Below are positions 1-9,807 of a DNA stretch of 64,000 nt, piece after piece. The notes under the pieces are model-generated. The model was given only the letters and a program-made list of their open reading frames with translations. It was not told the DNA's origin and searched no databases. The position numbers and the translations under genes are program-made. Each line of letters starts with the position of its first letter. Positions within the stretch are counted from its first letter, which is position 1. Source of the DNA: Planctomycetota bacterium (GTDB lineage: Bacteria; Planctomycetota; B15-G4); NCBI GenBank assembly GCA_038212275.1, contig JBBQUR010000002.1, forward strand, positions 96,001-160,000, in the 5' to 3' direction.

Positions 1-1941
1 AAGCCACTCGGCGTCGCTGCGTGCCACCGTGGCGGCCAGCGACGCCCACGTGGCGCGGCGCGACGAGGCGTGTCGATCCTCCGTGGCGGGAAGCGACGCG
101 CCGGGCCGTCGCAGGACCTCCATGCAGCGACGCGCCCACGACTCCCTGCCGGCGGCCTCGAGGTCGTGGCGCGCGGCGTCGAGAAGGCGCGGATCCGTGG
201 CGGCGTAGCGCGCCGGGCCGTCGTGACGCAGCAGGCCGCGTGCGAGCAGGGCGCGCAGTGCTGCCATGCCTTCGTCCGCGACGACCTCGCGAAGCACCTC
301 GCCGTCGGCCGGAGAGCCGAGCACGGCCAGCGCGCCGAGCAGCGCGCGCTGCGCCTCGGGCAGGGCGCCGAACTCGTCGGCCAGCGCGGCCTCCGGCGCG
401 AAGGACGCCGGCCAGTCGGCCCGCAACGGCGTGTAGAGCGCACCGTCGGCGCGCAGCACGCCATCCTCCACCGCGCGGGCGAGCAGGCGGTTGAGGTCGG
501 CGCGTCGGCCCGCGGTGCGTTCGTGGCCGTGCGCGGCCAGGGCGGACGCCATCTCCGGCGATGCATTCCCGGTGAGGCGACGCAGGTGCTGCTCGAGCGC
601 GCCGCGCGGCACGGCCGGCCACGGCACGAGCGTGAAGTTGCAGAGGTCTGCGCCCAGTTCCCGCTCGCGGATGACCGCGCCCAGCGCCTGCACCTGCTCC
701 GCGCTGCCGAGCGCGAGGAGCCGCGGTGCGCCGTCGTGCGCCGCCAGCAGCAGCGCCAGGGCCCGCTCGATGTCGGCGGCATCGGCCAGCACGAGCACGA
801 CGGCATCCGGCGCCGACGCGCGCACGCGCGCCACCATGCGGTCGGGTTCCTCGGCGTTGCCGACCCGGGCGACGCGGCGCCCCGCCACCGCGACGGCCAG
901 CTCGAGTTGATCGGCCAGCTCGGGCAGTTCCTCGGGATCGCGCACGCTGACGAGCGCGCTCTCCGGCTCCCTCCCGCGGCTCGTGAGCGCCACCAGCCGT
1001 GCGAGAGCCGCCTCGCGTCCGGCGAGAAAGGGCAGCTCGCGCGGGGACTCGGCTGTGGCCGCCGACGGCTCATCCCCCGGGTCGAGCAGCGCCTGAGCTG
1101 CGCGCGCCGAAACCGGCCGGTCGTCGGGGTGGCGACGCACGAGCGCCTGCACGAGCGCGGACAACTCGGGCGGCAGCAGCGCGGCGTCGAGCCCGGAGGC
1201 CTGCCAGAAGGATTGCCCGGGAAACCGGCCGTGGAAGGCGGCCGAGGGCTCGCCGCAACATGCGAAGGCGACCATCGCACCCACGGAGAAGAGATCGGAG
1301 CGCGGCGTGTGCGCGTGGCCGAGCAGCACCTCGGGTGCGATGTGGAACGGCGAGCCGGCACCCGCCGCGGCCGGGCCGCCGGCAGCACCCGCGGCACCCG
1401 TGGCACTGGTGGCACTGGTGGCACTCGGGAAACTCGCGGCACCGAAGGCTTCGGCTGCACCGACGAGATCCAGATCCACGAGGGAAGTGCTCTCCGCGCC
1501 GACGATCACGTTGGCCGCCTTGATGTCGCGGTGCACGAAACCGGCTTCGTGCAGGGCCGCGAGTCCGTCGAGCAGTTCGTGGAGGCGCGCGGCGGCGAAG
1601 CCGGCGGGTCGTTTCTCTCGCAGTGCTGCATCGAAGGGCAGGCCTTCGATGAAGGGTCGCAGCAGCCAGCTGCGGCCATCGTCGGCGCGGCCCCACGCCG
1701 TCGGCGCGACGAGTCCGCGAGCCGCGACGCGCGCAAAGAGCGCCACCTCGGCGTCCGTTGCCGAGCCTGCCTCCAGCCCGCCGAGACGCAGCACCGCATC
1801 GTGCGGCTCGCGGTCCTGGCGCACTCGGAGCACGTGGGCGCGCTCGGAGCGGCTGAGTTCCGCAGTGACTCGCAGGCCGGAAGGCAGCCCGGCCGGCAGT
1901 TGCACTCGCGGTGGTTTCGAAGCGGGCGGCACGGGGCTCAT
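1..1941 (-). CDS. Ser/Thr protein kinase-like domain followed by a degenerate STAND-type NTPase region; runs off the left edge (partial)
   Basis: Absent from the ORF track (no stop in window). Manual translation from ATG 1941: MSPVPPASK...FVHRDIKAANVIV...VDLDLV...GSPFHIAPEVL...SDLFSVG...HPDDRP, then PFLAGREAALARL. The + ORF 70..2061 is its antisense shadow. Confidence 0.85.
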   Translation of the reverse strand, partial: MSPVPPASKPPRVQLPAGLPSGLRVTAELSRSERAHVLRVRQDREPHDAVLRLGGLEAGSATDAEVALFARVAARGLVAPTAWGRADDGRSWLLRPFIEGLPFDAALREKRPAGFAAARLHELLDGLAALHEAGFVHRDIKAANVIVGAESTSLVDLDLVGAAEAFGAASFPSATSATSATGAAGAAGGPAAAGAGSPFHIAPEVLLGHAHTPRSDLFSVGAMVAFACCGEPSAAFHGRFPGQSFWQASGLDAALLPPELSALVQALVRRHPDDRPVSARAAQALLDPGDEPSAATAESPRELPFLAGREAALARLVALTSRGREPESALVSVRDPEELPELADQLELAVAVAGRRVARVGNAEEPDRMVARVRASAPDAVVLVLADAADIERALALLLAAHDGAPRLLALGSAEQVQALGAVIRERELGADLCNFTLVPWPAVPRGALEQHLRRLTGNASPEMASALAAHGHERTAGRRADLNRLLARAVEDGVLRADGALYTPLRADWPASFAPEAALADEFGALPEAQRALLGALAVLGSPADGEVLREVVADEGMAALRALLARGLLRHDGPARYAATDPRLLDAARHDLEAAGRESWARRCMEVLRRPGASLPATEDRHASSRRATWASLAATVARSDAEWL

Positions 1942-2217
1942 GGGCTGCCAAGCCTAACCCGGTTCCACGCGCGTGTCTGCTGGCCGTCCAAGCTGCGTAC
2001 GACATTCGGACATGAGCGTGCGACCCGGCGGATGGACTCGGAACCCGCGCCGGGGCCATGAATGGCGGGACAGAGGCGAAGCATTTCGTGCCCGGACTTC
2101 GCGTTTCGCAGGCCCGCTCGGCCACTACCGCCCTCACTTCGCGATCCGGATCCCCAGGTCCCCTGCCCCCTGCCCTCTGCCCGCCTGCCCCCTGAACCCC
2201 CAAGGAGAACTCGCACC

Positions 2218-3228
2218 ATGTCCTTCGACATCGCTCTTCGGTCCTACAGCATCTCCGCATCCCCGCGGACCCGTGGCGCTGCGTCTGCCGCCGCCGCCTG
2301 GCTTTTCTTGTCCGGCGCCGCGCTCGCGCAGAGCTTCAACGTGGACTACGGCTCGAGCACTCCCGCTCCCTCCGCCTCCTACGGCGCGGCCGCAGAGCAG
2401 CCGGGGCCGTGGAATGCCATCACCGGGCTCGAGGACCGCGCCGTCGCGCTGGTGGATGTCGCGGGGCAGCAGACGGCCGTGACCATCAACCCGGACCTGC
2501 CCTTCGGCCCCGCGGCCTTCAATCACCCCGGCACCTCCGGCGACGCCGAGGCCTTGCTCGACGACTATCTGGACCTGCACTCGGTGCCGGCCGCCTTTCA
2601 TGTGGACGGCCTGCAGCCGGGCACTTACGTGGTCTACACCTACGCGTGGGCGCCGGATGAGGCCGCGTTCAAGACCTTCGTCACCGTGAACGGCGCCGAC
2701 ACGCAGATTGTCGGCGGCAAGTGGCCGGGCGGCCTGCGCAAGAGCATCACGCACGCGGTGCACGTCGCCGGCATCGCCGAGGGCGAGTCGCTGGACATCC
2801 AGACCTTCGGCCTGGGAAAGGGCACGCTCAACGGCCTGCAACTCGTGCGCATGGACACGGCCTTCACGGATCTCGGCGGCGGACTCGAGGGCGAGTCCGG
2901 GCGGCCGGAGTTCTTCGGGCAGGGAGCGCTGACGGCGGGCACGCCGGTGACGCTCACGATCTCGCGTGCGGCGCTGCTCACGCCGGTCACGCTGGTGGCG
3001 GGCTTCGCGCGCGTGGACCTTCCGTTCAAGGGCGGCGTGCTCGTCCCCTCCCCCGACCTGATCCTGAGCCTGGGCACGACCAGCGAAGAAGGCACGCTCA
3101 CGCTCGTGACCACCTGGCCGGCCTCCGCGCCGTCGCAGACGGAGCTTTTCCTGCAGTGCTGGTTGCCGGACGCGGCCGCCATCCAGGGCGTCGCGGCGAG
3201 CAACGCGCTGAAACTCTCGGTGCCGTGA
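2218..3228 (+). CDS. Secreted protein: jelly-roll-like domain plus conserved C-terminal LPFKGGVLVP domain
   Basis: AAGGAG RBS before ATG 2218; signal peptide ending ALA-Q; C-terminus homologous to those of 10843..12468 and 56946..57908. Confidence 0.8.
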   Translation: MSFDIALRSYSISASPRTRGAASAAAAWLFLSGAALAQSFNVDYGSSTPAPSASYGAAAEQPGPWNAITGLEDRAVALVDVAGQQTAVTINPDLPFGPAAFNHPGTSGDAEALLDDYLDLHSVPAAFHVDGLQPGTYVVYTYAWAPDEAAFKTFVTVNGADTQIVGGKWPGGLRKSITHAVHVAGIAEGESLDIQTFGLGKGTLNGLQLVRMDTAFTDLGGGLEGESGRPEFFGQGALTAGTPVTLTISRAALLTPVTLVAGFARVDLPFKGGVLVPSPDLILSLGTTSEEGTLTLVTTWPASAPSQTELFLQCWLPDAAAIQGVAASNALKLSVP

Positions 3229-3278
3229 TCCGTCCACCCCGAGGCTGCCGCACACTCCAGGGCGCCTGGCGCCACCCG

Positions 3279-3700
3279 TCAGGCGTGCAGCCCGCCCACG
3301 CACAGGACTGAGGCGCCGACGAGATCGTCGAAGGCATTCTCGAAGGGAGTCGCGCCCATGTCGGCGGGCGTGCCGTCGGAATCGTGCGGACTGGCCGGGT
3401 TGCCGGCATCGATGCATGGCGAGGCGGGGAGCAGGCGGTCATCGTGGTTCGCGGCGCCCGAGAAGGTGCAGCCGGTGACGGCGGCGAACCCGTCGTTCAC
3501 CACCATGCCGCCGCCGCGCGCGGCGAGCGAAGCGCCCACGGAGTTCGCCGCGACCGTCCTGCCCTGCGCGTTCGCGTTGATCGTCGTGACAGCGGCGCCA
3601 CCGGTGCTCTCGATCACGAGCTGCTTGCCGAGCAGGGCGATGGTCTCGTCGTAGGTGCCGAGCGCGACGAGAATCGTGTCGGCGCGCAGAGGCGCGTGGC
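3279..3700 (-). pseudogene. Internally deleted remnant of a secreted right-handed beta-helix protein
   Basis: GTYDETIALLGKQLVIESTGGAAVTTINAN (typical N-terminus) joined almost directly to SPCIDAGNP..DSDGTPADMGA (typical C-terminus), then ENAFDDL; no signal peptide or credible start. Confidence 0.6.
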
Positions 3701-3860
3701 GCGAGCGATGATGACCGCGTGTTGCAGCGCGAAACTGTCGTGCTCGACGCAGGCGAAGAACGCTCGCTGCGTTGGCCCGCCGGCGAGCCGTGAAGCCGGG
3801 CCCTGCTCCGGCGGGCCGCTGCATGGCGGCCCCCGCGCATGAACGCTAGAGTGTCCTCCG

Positions 3861-3975
3861 TTCGCTAGGGGTGTGAGCCACGGGCAGCGTCGCGCGGGAA
3901 GGCGTGGCGAGGGCACGCGGCGCACTGAGATCAAACCCTTGGAACCTGATCAGCGCGAGCTGCGGAGGGAAGCGG
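3861..3975 (+). promoter_or_regulatory. TPP riboswitch
   Basis: CTAGGGGTG...CTGAGA..ACCCTTGGAACCTGATC...GCGGAGGGAAG directly upstream of thiC; TTCCCTCC near 3995 can pair with the GGAGGGAA strand (expression platform). Confidence 0.9.
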
Positions 3976-4044
3976 GCACGGACAGCGTGCGGCGTTCCCT
4001 CCTCGCGTGCCGATCAGCGCACGCCGTCACGGAGCACGAAACCC

Positions 4045-5892
4045 ATGTCCATCGAATCGCTGCCGCGCACTCCCTCCGCCGGGCCCAAGGCTTCTGACCT
4101 CGCCGCGCCGGCGCTCCCCGCCGGCCTCCCGCCGCTCGGCGACAACCCGTCGACGCAGCGCCAGGGCACCTCGCCCGGCAGCTTTGCGAACAAGGGCCGC
4201 GTCGGCACGGCCTGGACTTTCAGCTCGCCGGACACGCCCGGCATGCCGCAGCCGTCGGAGCAGACTGCGTGGAACTTCATGCCCGCGGACTGGACCTGCC
4301 TCGTTGACGACGCTGCGGCCGTCGCGACGGGCGCTCATGGCAGCCGCGACCCGGCGGCGCTGGCCGCAGCGCGCGCGCGGCCCTCCGCCTGGCGCGCGCC
4401 GGCCGACTTCGTGCCGCGCACGCAGCTCGAGCATGCGCGGCTCGGGACGATCACGCCGCAGATGGTGCGCGTCGCGGAGCGCGAGGCGCACCTCACGCCG
4501 GAGCAGGTGCGCGACGAGGTCGCCGCGGGGCGCATGGTCATCCCGGCCAACATCAACCACCTGAAGTGGGCGCTCGACCCGATGGCGATCGGCCGCGCGA
4601 GCCGCACGAAGGTGAACGCCAACATGGGCGCCTCGCCCGTGAGCAGCGGCACCGAGGAGGAAGTCGAGAAGCTGCGCTGGGCGGAGCAATGGGGCGCCGA
4701 CACGGTGATGGACCTCTCCACCGGCGGCGACCTCGATGCCTGCCGCGCCGCGATCGTGCGCGCCAGCACGGTGCCCATCGGCACGGTGCCGATCTACTCG
4801 ATGATTCTCGGGCGGAAGATCGAGGATCTCGACGAGGAGACCGTGCTGGCCAGCCTGCGCCACCAGGCCGAGCAAGGCGTCGACTACTTCACCATCCACG
4901 CAGGAGTGCGGCGCGCGCACCTCGACCTCGTGCGGCGGCGCCTCATCGGCATCGTGAGCCGCGGCGGCGCGCTGCTCGCCAAGTGGATGCTGCATCACGG
5001 TCGCGAGAACCTCATGTTCACCGCGTGGGAGCGCATCTGCGACGTCCTGCGCGAGCACGACGTCACCTTCTCCATCGGCGACGGCCTGCGCCCCGGCGGC
5101 ACCGCGGATGCGACCGACGCCGCGCAGCTCGCGGAGCTGGCCACGCTGGGCGAGCTCACCGAACGCGCCTGGCGCAAGGGCGTGCAGGTCATGGTGGAAG
5201 GCCCCGGCCACGTGCCCTTCGATCAGATCGAGTTCAACATGAAGCTGCAGCGTCGCCTGTGCCACGGCGCGCCCTTCTACGTGCTCGGGCCGCTGGTCAC
5301 GGACATCTTCCCCGGCTACGACCACATCACGAGCTGCATCGGCGCGACGGCGGCGGGTTACCACGGCGCCGCGATGCTCTGCTACGTCACGCCCAAGGAG
5401 CACCTCGCGCTGCCGAAGAAGGACGACGTCAAGCAGGGTTGCGTGGCCTACAAGATCGCCGCGCACGCGGCCGACGTGGCGCTGGGCATCCCCGGCGCGC
5501 GCGACCGCGACGACGAACTCACCAAGGCGCGCGCCGCGCTGAACTGGGAACGGCACTTCGAGCTGTCCTTCGATCCGGAGCTCGCGCGCCAGTACCACGA
5601 CGAAGACCTGAAGGTGGACACGGACTTCTGCGCGATGTGCGGGCACGACTGGTGCTCCGTGCGCATCAGCAAGGAGATCATGGAGTTCGGCAGCGGCAAG
5701 GATCGCGACGCGCAGCCGGAGCAGCGCACGCGGCCGTCGCCCGCGGTCGCGGCGGAGCGCGAGGCGCTCGACGCCCGCGCGCGTGCGGCGGCCGCCGAGC
5801 ACCACAAGCTCGGCTGCCACAGCGATGTCGTCGCGGACGACGGCGCGGCGAAGCGCCTCCAGGAACAACTGATCTCCGTGCCCCGACCGTGA
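4045..5892 (+). CDS. thiC: Phosphomethylpyrimidine synthase ThiC
   Basis: [54 protein letters not shown] Fe-S motif; TPP riboswitch upstream. Confidence 0.97.
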   Translation: MSIESLPRTPSAGPKASDLAAPALPAGLPPLGDNPSTQRQGTSPGSFANKGRVGTAWTFSSPDTPGMPQPSEQTAWNFMPADWTCLVDDAAAVATGAHGSRDPAALAAARARPSAWRAPADFVPRTQLEHARLGTITPQMVRVAEREAHLTPEQVRDEVAAGRMVIPANINHLKWALDPMAIGRASRTKVNANMGASPVSSGTEEEVEKLRWAEQWGADTVMDLSTGGDLDACRAAIVRASTVPIGTVPIYSMILGRKIEDLDEETVLASLRHQAEQGVDYFTIHAGVRRAHLDLVRRRLIGIVSRGGALLAKWMLHHGRENLMFTAWERICDVLREHDVTFSIGDGLRPGGTADATDAAQLAELATLGELTERAWRKGVQVMVEGPGHVPFDQIEFNMKLQRRLCHGAPFYVLGPLVTDIFPGYDHITSCIGATAAGYHGAAMLCYVTPKEHLALPKKDDVKQGCVAYKIAAHAADVALGIPGARDRDDELTKARAALNWERHFELSFDPELARQYHDEDLKVDTDFCAMCGHDWCSVRISKEIMEFGSGKDRDAQPEQRTRPSPAVAAEREALDARARAAAAEHHKLGCHSDVVADDGAAKRLQEQLISVPRP

Positions 5893-5942
5893 CGGCCGCC
5901 CCCCCGCGCCGGCCCCACCGCGCCGGCCTTGGACATCTCCGC

Positions 5943-6296
5943 ATGACCCCAGCTGAATCCGCCCTGCCCCTCGCCGACCAGGAGTGCGTGCCCTGCAAGG
6001 GCGGCGTGCCGCCGCTGACGCCCGCGCTTCTCGAGCCGCTCGCGAAGCAGCTCCCCGAGTGGACGCTCGTGAAGGCGCACCACCTGGAGCGCGAGTTCGG
6101 CTTTCCGGACTTCGCGTCGGCGCTGGCCTTCGTGAACGAGATCGGCGCGGTGGCGGAGAAGCACAAGCATCACCCCGACCTGGAACTCGGCTGGGGTCGC
6201 GTCGGCGTGACGATCTTCACGCACAAGATCGACGGCCTCACGCAGGCCGACTTCGTGCTGGCCGCGAAAATCGACCGCCTGCAGCTTCCCCGCTGA
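5943..6296 (+). CDS. phhB: Pterin-4-alpha-carbinolamine dehydratase
   Basis: CVPCKGG, FPDFASALAFVN, HHPDL, THKIDGLTQADFVLAAKID. Confidence 0.93.
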   Translation: MTPAESALPLADQECVPCKGGVPPLTPALLEPLAKQLPEWTLVKAHHLEREFGFPDFASALAFVNEIGAVAEKHKHHPDLELGWGRVGVTIFTHKIDGLTQADFVLAAKIDRLQLPR

Positions 6297-6352
6297 CCGC
6301 CAGCGAGTCCCTCGACCTCCCCCCATCTCGTCGCACCAGCGCACGGAGTCCC

Positions 6353-6751
6353 ATGCCCGACAGCAGTCATCCCCACTTCAACGACCGCGGCACTCTCGCC
6401 TGGCACGCGACGTTCGACGAGGCGCTCGCCGCGGCGAAGCGTGACGGCAAGCTCGTGTTCATCGAGATGGGCCGTGAGCAATGCAGCAACTGCCGCTCAC
6501 TCGTGGAGTCCGTCGTGACGCAGGCGAATGTCGCGAAGCTTCTGCAGGATGGTTTCGTCGCGGTGGCCTCGGACATCGACGACCCCGAGCCCGCCGTTCT
6601 CGACCTGGCCATGGCGAACCTGCCCGATGCGATGATGCTGCCCTTCGTGCTCTTCACCGACGCCGAGGGGAACTTCCTCGCCGGTGGCCACGGCGCCGTG
6701 AACCCCTCCGCCTTCGCCAGGACGCTGCAGACCCTCGCCGAGAAGCGCTGA
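6353..6751 (+). CDS. Thioredoxin-fold protein
   Basis: GGAG RBS; WHATFDEALAAAKRDGKLVFI..CSNC; LPFVLF cis-Pro motif. Confidence 0.85.
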   Translation: MPDSSHPHFNDRGTLAWHATFDEALAAAKRDGKLVFIEMGREQCSNCRSLVESVVTQANVAKLLQDGFVAVASDIDDPEPAVLDLAMANLPDAMMLPFVLFTDAEGNFLAGGHGAVNPSAFARTLQTLAEKR

Positions 6752-6863
6752 CACCCCCGGCGTGAGCAGCGCCCTCGGCGTGAGCGGTGCGAGCGAGACA
6801 ACAGCTGCCAGAAGTCGCGACGAGGCGTCGCGACACCTCATCACGCGGCTCGCTCGGACACCC

Positions 6864-6896
6864 GTGTGATGTTGAGGCACTGCCTCTACATCACAC
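6864..6896. repeat. 33-bp near-perfect palindrome
   Basis: GTGTGATGTTGAGGCA-C-TGCCTCTACATCACAC: 16-bp arms with one mismatch. Confidence 0.85.
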
Positions 6897-6904
6897 AGGC
6901 CGCG

Positions 6905-7155
6905 TGAGAAGGGTTCGTGAGAGCTGTCGAAGGTGTCCCGGTCCTGGCACCTGGGGTTGACGGGTCACCCCGGCAGCGGTCACTCCGGCTGCGAGCCATA
7001 CGGTGAGTGGGCCGGAGGGCAAATAATTCTGGAGCCGTCCCACCGGCTTCGAGAACAGGGGTAGACTCAACATCCACAAGCGTGCCCCGAATGGGCACAC
7101 CGAGAGGGCGGAGGCCCCCAAATGGCCCGGGAGCTGCTATCCCGGGCCATTGCTT
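6905..7155 (+). ncRNA. Candidate structured non-coding RNA, family unassigned
   Basis: Intergenic and lower GC; consecutive stems with G-U pairs valid on the + strand; ends at a 12-bp hairpin. Confidence 0.45.
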
Positions 7156-7156
7156 T
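7121..7156 (+). terminator. Strong hairpin, possible intrinsic terminator or attenuator
   Basis: AATGGCCCGGGA-7 nt-TCCCGGGCCATT followed by GCTTT (weak U tract). Confidence 0.55.
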
Positions 7157-7215
7157 GGATGGCGCCGCCCGCTTCCACTCCTTCTCCTGCCCCTCTCGAC
7201 CCGAAGAAGGCCACG

Positions 7216-9798
7216 ATGCCCCCGCTGCCGCGATTCCCGTTGCCGCTCCGCAGGTCTCGCACCGGGCTGACTGCCTTGCTCGTGACGTGCTGTGCGCTTG
7301 CGATGTCGACGCACGTGGCGGCGCACGTGCTGGTGCAGGCCGCGCGGCCTGGCAGCGGCCGAGTCGCCCCGCATGACGTGCTCGACGCGCCCCTCCGGGA
7401 AGCGCTGGCCGCCGCACGCAGCGTCGCAGCGCCGTCGCAACTCCCGGTCTATCTCGTGATGGTTGAGCAGCTCGACGGTGGGCGCGTCGCGGAGTCGCTC
7501 GGCGGCGTGCCGCAGAACGCGCGCCGCGCCGCCGTCATCTCGCGCCTGAAGCAGCACGCGGCGACAACACAGTCTGCCGTGCGTGCGGCGCTCGCCTCGG
7601 CGCAGGCGGCGGGCCGTGCGGGCAGCGTTCAGTTGCTGTGGATGGGCAACGCCGTGGTCTTCACCGCGCAACCCGACGTCATCGAGGCCCTGGCCGCACT
7701 GCCCGGCGTCGATCGCATCCGCCTCAACCTGGATCCGGACCCGTCGCAGGTGCAGGACGCCGTGTCGACGCCGCTCGCTGCCGCACCGGCCCGCGCGCCG
7801 ATGCCGGGGCCTGCGATCGCGCCCATGCCCGCACCGGCGCCCATGCCCGCACCGGCGCCTGTCGCACCGGCGGCCATCGCGGCGACGCTGGGGACGGCGC
7901 CCTATCCTTTTGCCGACGACTTCGAGTCGGGGACGCTGCAGCCGTGGTGGACGGTGGCGACGACGGGCAGCGGCTACGCGACGGTCAGCACGGCCAACGG
8001 GCCGGTGAACACCTGGCATGTGCTCATGGCCACGTCGGTGGACGGCGTGGATTCCACCGCGAGCCTCACGCTCTGCCTGAACCTGCTGGGCCAGTCCGAC
8101 GTCGGCATCCGCTTCCAGCACAAGTCGTTCAACGACGACGCCGACGCGCAGGACGGCGTCTTCGTCAGCACGGACGGCGTCACCTGGAAGCTCGCGCTCT
8201 CGCTGCAGAACGGCACGGCGACGTACTCGCCGAAGACCATCAACCTCGACGTGGTCGCGGCCTCGCTCGGCCTCTCCTACACGAGCAGCTTCTTCGTGCG
8301 CTTCCAGTGGCACGACAACTTCAACATTCCGTCGGACGGCTTCGGCTTCGACAACTTCGAGATCGGCCCGGGCCTCTACGTGCCGCCGCCGGCGCTTCCC
8401 GAGGCCAACCTCGTCGCGCTCCAGGCCCCGCAACTCTGGGAGCTCGGCTATCGCGGCGAGGGCGTACTCGTCGGCACCATCGACTCGGGCGTGCTCATCA
8501 CGCACCCGGACCTCGTGCACCGCATCTGGAACAACCCGGGTGAGATCGCGGGCAACGGCCTCGACGACGACGCCAACGGCTTCATCGACGACGTGCACGG
8601 CTGGGACTTCATCAACGGCACCGGCAACGTGGTCTCGACCGACCCGCACGGCACGAGCACGGCCGGCATCGTGGTGGGCGACGGCGGCGGCGGCAAGGCC
8701 ACCGGCATGGCGCCCGGCGCGACGCTGCTCGTCTGCAAGGTGCTGAGTCAGGCCAGCTACTGGCTTGCACAGCAGTACTGCATGCAGGAAGGCGTGGGCG
8801 TCATCACCTCCAGCTACAGCTACAAGTGGGCCGACGTCCCGCAGCCCGACTACCACATGTTCCGGCAGCTCACGGAGATGGAACTCGCGGCCGGCGTGAT
8901 CCACGCCAACTCGATCGGCAACCAGGGCTCGCTGCTGTCGAGCTACCCGGTGCCGTTCAACATCTCGACGCCCGGCAACTGTCCATCACCCTTCAGGAAC
9001 CCGCTGGACGTGGTGGGCGCACAGAGTTCCGTGCTCGGTTGCGGCGGCATCCAGCTGCCGCTGGACAGTCTCTACCTGCCTTCGGGCCGCGGCCCCGCCG
9101 CGTGGGACAACATCACGCAGTACAACCCGGCCTACGCCTACGCGCAGAACAGCGCCTCCTGGGATTATCCGTACGGCGGCTTCTCCGGCACGGGCCCCGG
9201 CCTGCTCAAGCCCGACCTCATGGCCTACGCGACGAACGTGACCACGGCCACCATCAGCACGACGTACACGATCTTCTCGGGCACGTCGGCGGCGACGCCG
9301 CATCTGGGCGGCGCGCTCGCCCTGCTCCGCCAGGTGCAGCCCGCGGCGCTGCCGCGCCACCTCGCCGCCGCGCTCGAGCTCTCCGCGAAGGACCTCGGCG
9401 TACCGGGCAAGGACAACCTCTTCGGCTCGGGCCGCATCTCGGCCTTCGACGCCGCGCGCCGGCTGCGCATTCTCGGCCGCATGAGCGACATCACGCCCGC
9501 GCTCGGCCACTCCGTCACTCTGGAACTCTTCGGCTACCCGTCGGCGCAGCTCTACGGCTTCTTCGCCGCGTCGATCTTCGACGGGGCCGGCGCCTTCAAC
9601 CTCTTGGCGCCGTTCTTCGCGCTCGGCCTGCCGCCGCTCGGGCCGGCGGGCACCGCGTCGGTGCCGCTGCTGCTGCCCAATGACCCGATCCTGGTCGGCG
9701 TCACCGTGTGGTTCCAGTTCGCTGCCAAGAACAATGACGCGACGTGGGGCAGCGGCGCGCTCATCTCCGTGCCCGAGGCGATCACGATCAAGCCCTGA
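7216..9798 (+). CDS. Secreted S8 (subtilisin-family) serine protease with propeptide, inserted jelly-roll domain and C-terminal domain
   Basis: Catalytic triad IDSG / HGT / GTSAATP; NPGEIAGNGLDDDANGFIDDVHGWDF loop; LKPDL; signal peptide. Confidence 0.92.
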   Translation: MPPLPRFPLPLRRSRTGLTALLVTCCALAMSTHVAAHVLVQAARPGSGRVAPHDVLDAPLREALAAARSVAAPSQLPVYLVMVEQLDGGRVAESLGGVPQNARRAAVISRLKQHAATTQSAVRAALASAQAAGRAGSVQLLWMGNAVVFTAQPDVIEALAALPGVDRIRLNLDPDPSQVQDAVSTPLAAAPARAPMPGPAIAPMPAPAPMPAPAPVAPAAIAATLGTAPYPFADDFESGTLQPWWTVATTGSGYATVSTANGPVNTWHVLMATSVDGVDSTASLTLCLNLLGQSDVGIRFQHKSFNDDADAQDGVFVSTDGVTWKLALSLQNGTATYSPKTINLDVVAASLGLSYTSSFFVRFQWHDNFNIPSDGFGFDNFEIGPGLYVPPPALPEANLVALQAPQLWELGYRGEGVLVGTIDSGVLITHPDLVHRIWNNPGEIAGNGLDDDANGFIDDVHGWDFINGTGNVVSTDPHGTSTAGIVVGDGGGGKATGMAPGATLLVCKVLSQASYWLAQQYCMQEGVGVITSSYSYKWADVPQPDYHMFRQLTEMELAAGVIHANSIGNQGSLLSSYPVPFNISTPGNCPSPFRNPLDVVGAQSSVLGCGGIQLPLDSLYLPSGRGPAAWDNITQYNPAYAYAQNSASWDYPYGGFSGTGPGLLKPDLMAYATNVTTATISTTYTIFSGTSAATPHLGGALALLRQVQPAALPRHLAAALELSAKDLGVPGKDNLFGSGRISAFDAARRLRILGRMSDITPALGHSVTLELFGYPSAQLYGFFAASIFDGAGAFNLLAPFFALGLPPLGPAGTASVPLLLPNDPILVGVTVWFQFAAKNNDATWGSGALISVPEAITIKP

Positions 9799-9807
9799 CG
9801 GCGCCTC

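Noticed and set aside
70..2061. 663-aa + strand ORF
   Set aside because: Antisense shadow of the minus-strand kinase; no motifs
6975..7045. Minus-strand resemblance to a c-di-GMP-I riboswitch
   Set aside because: No GNRA-capped P2 or GCAAA elements; G-U pairs favour the + strand
7019..7070. GCA AAT AAT (ANN...) resembling a tmRNA tag start
   Set aside because: No ALAA-stop ending and no tRNA-like ends
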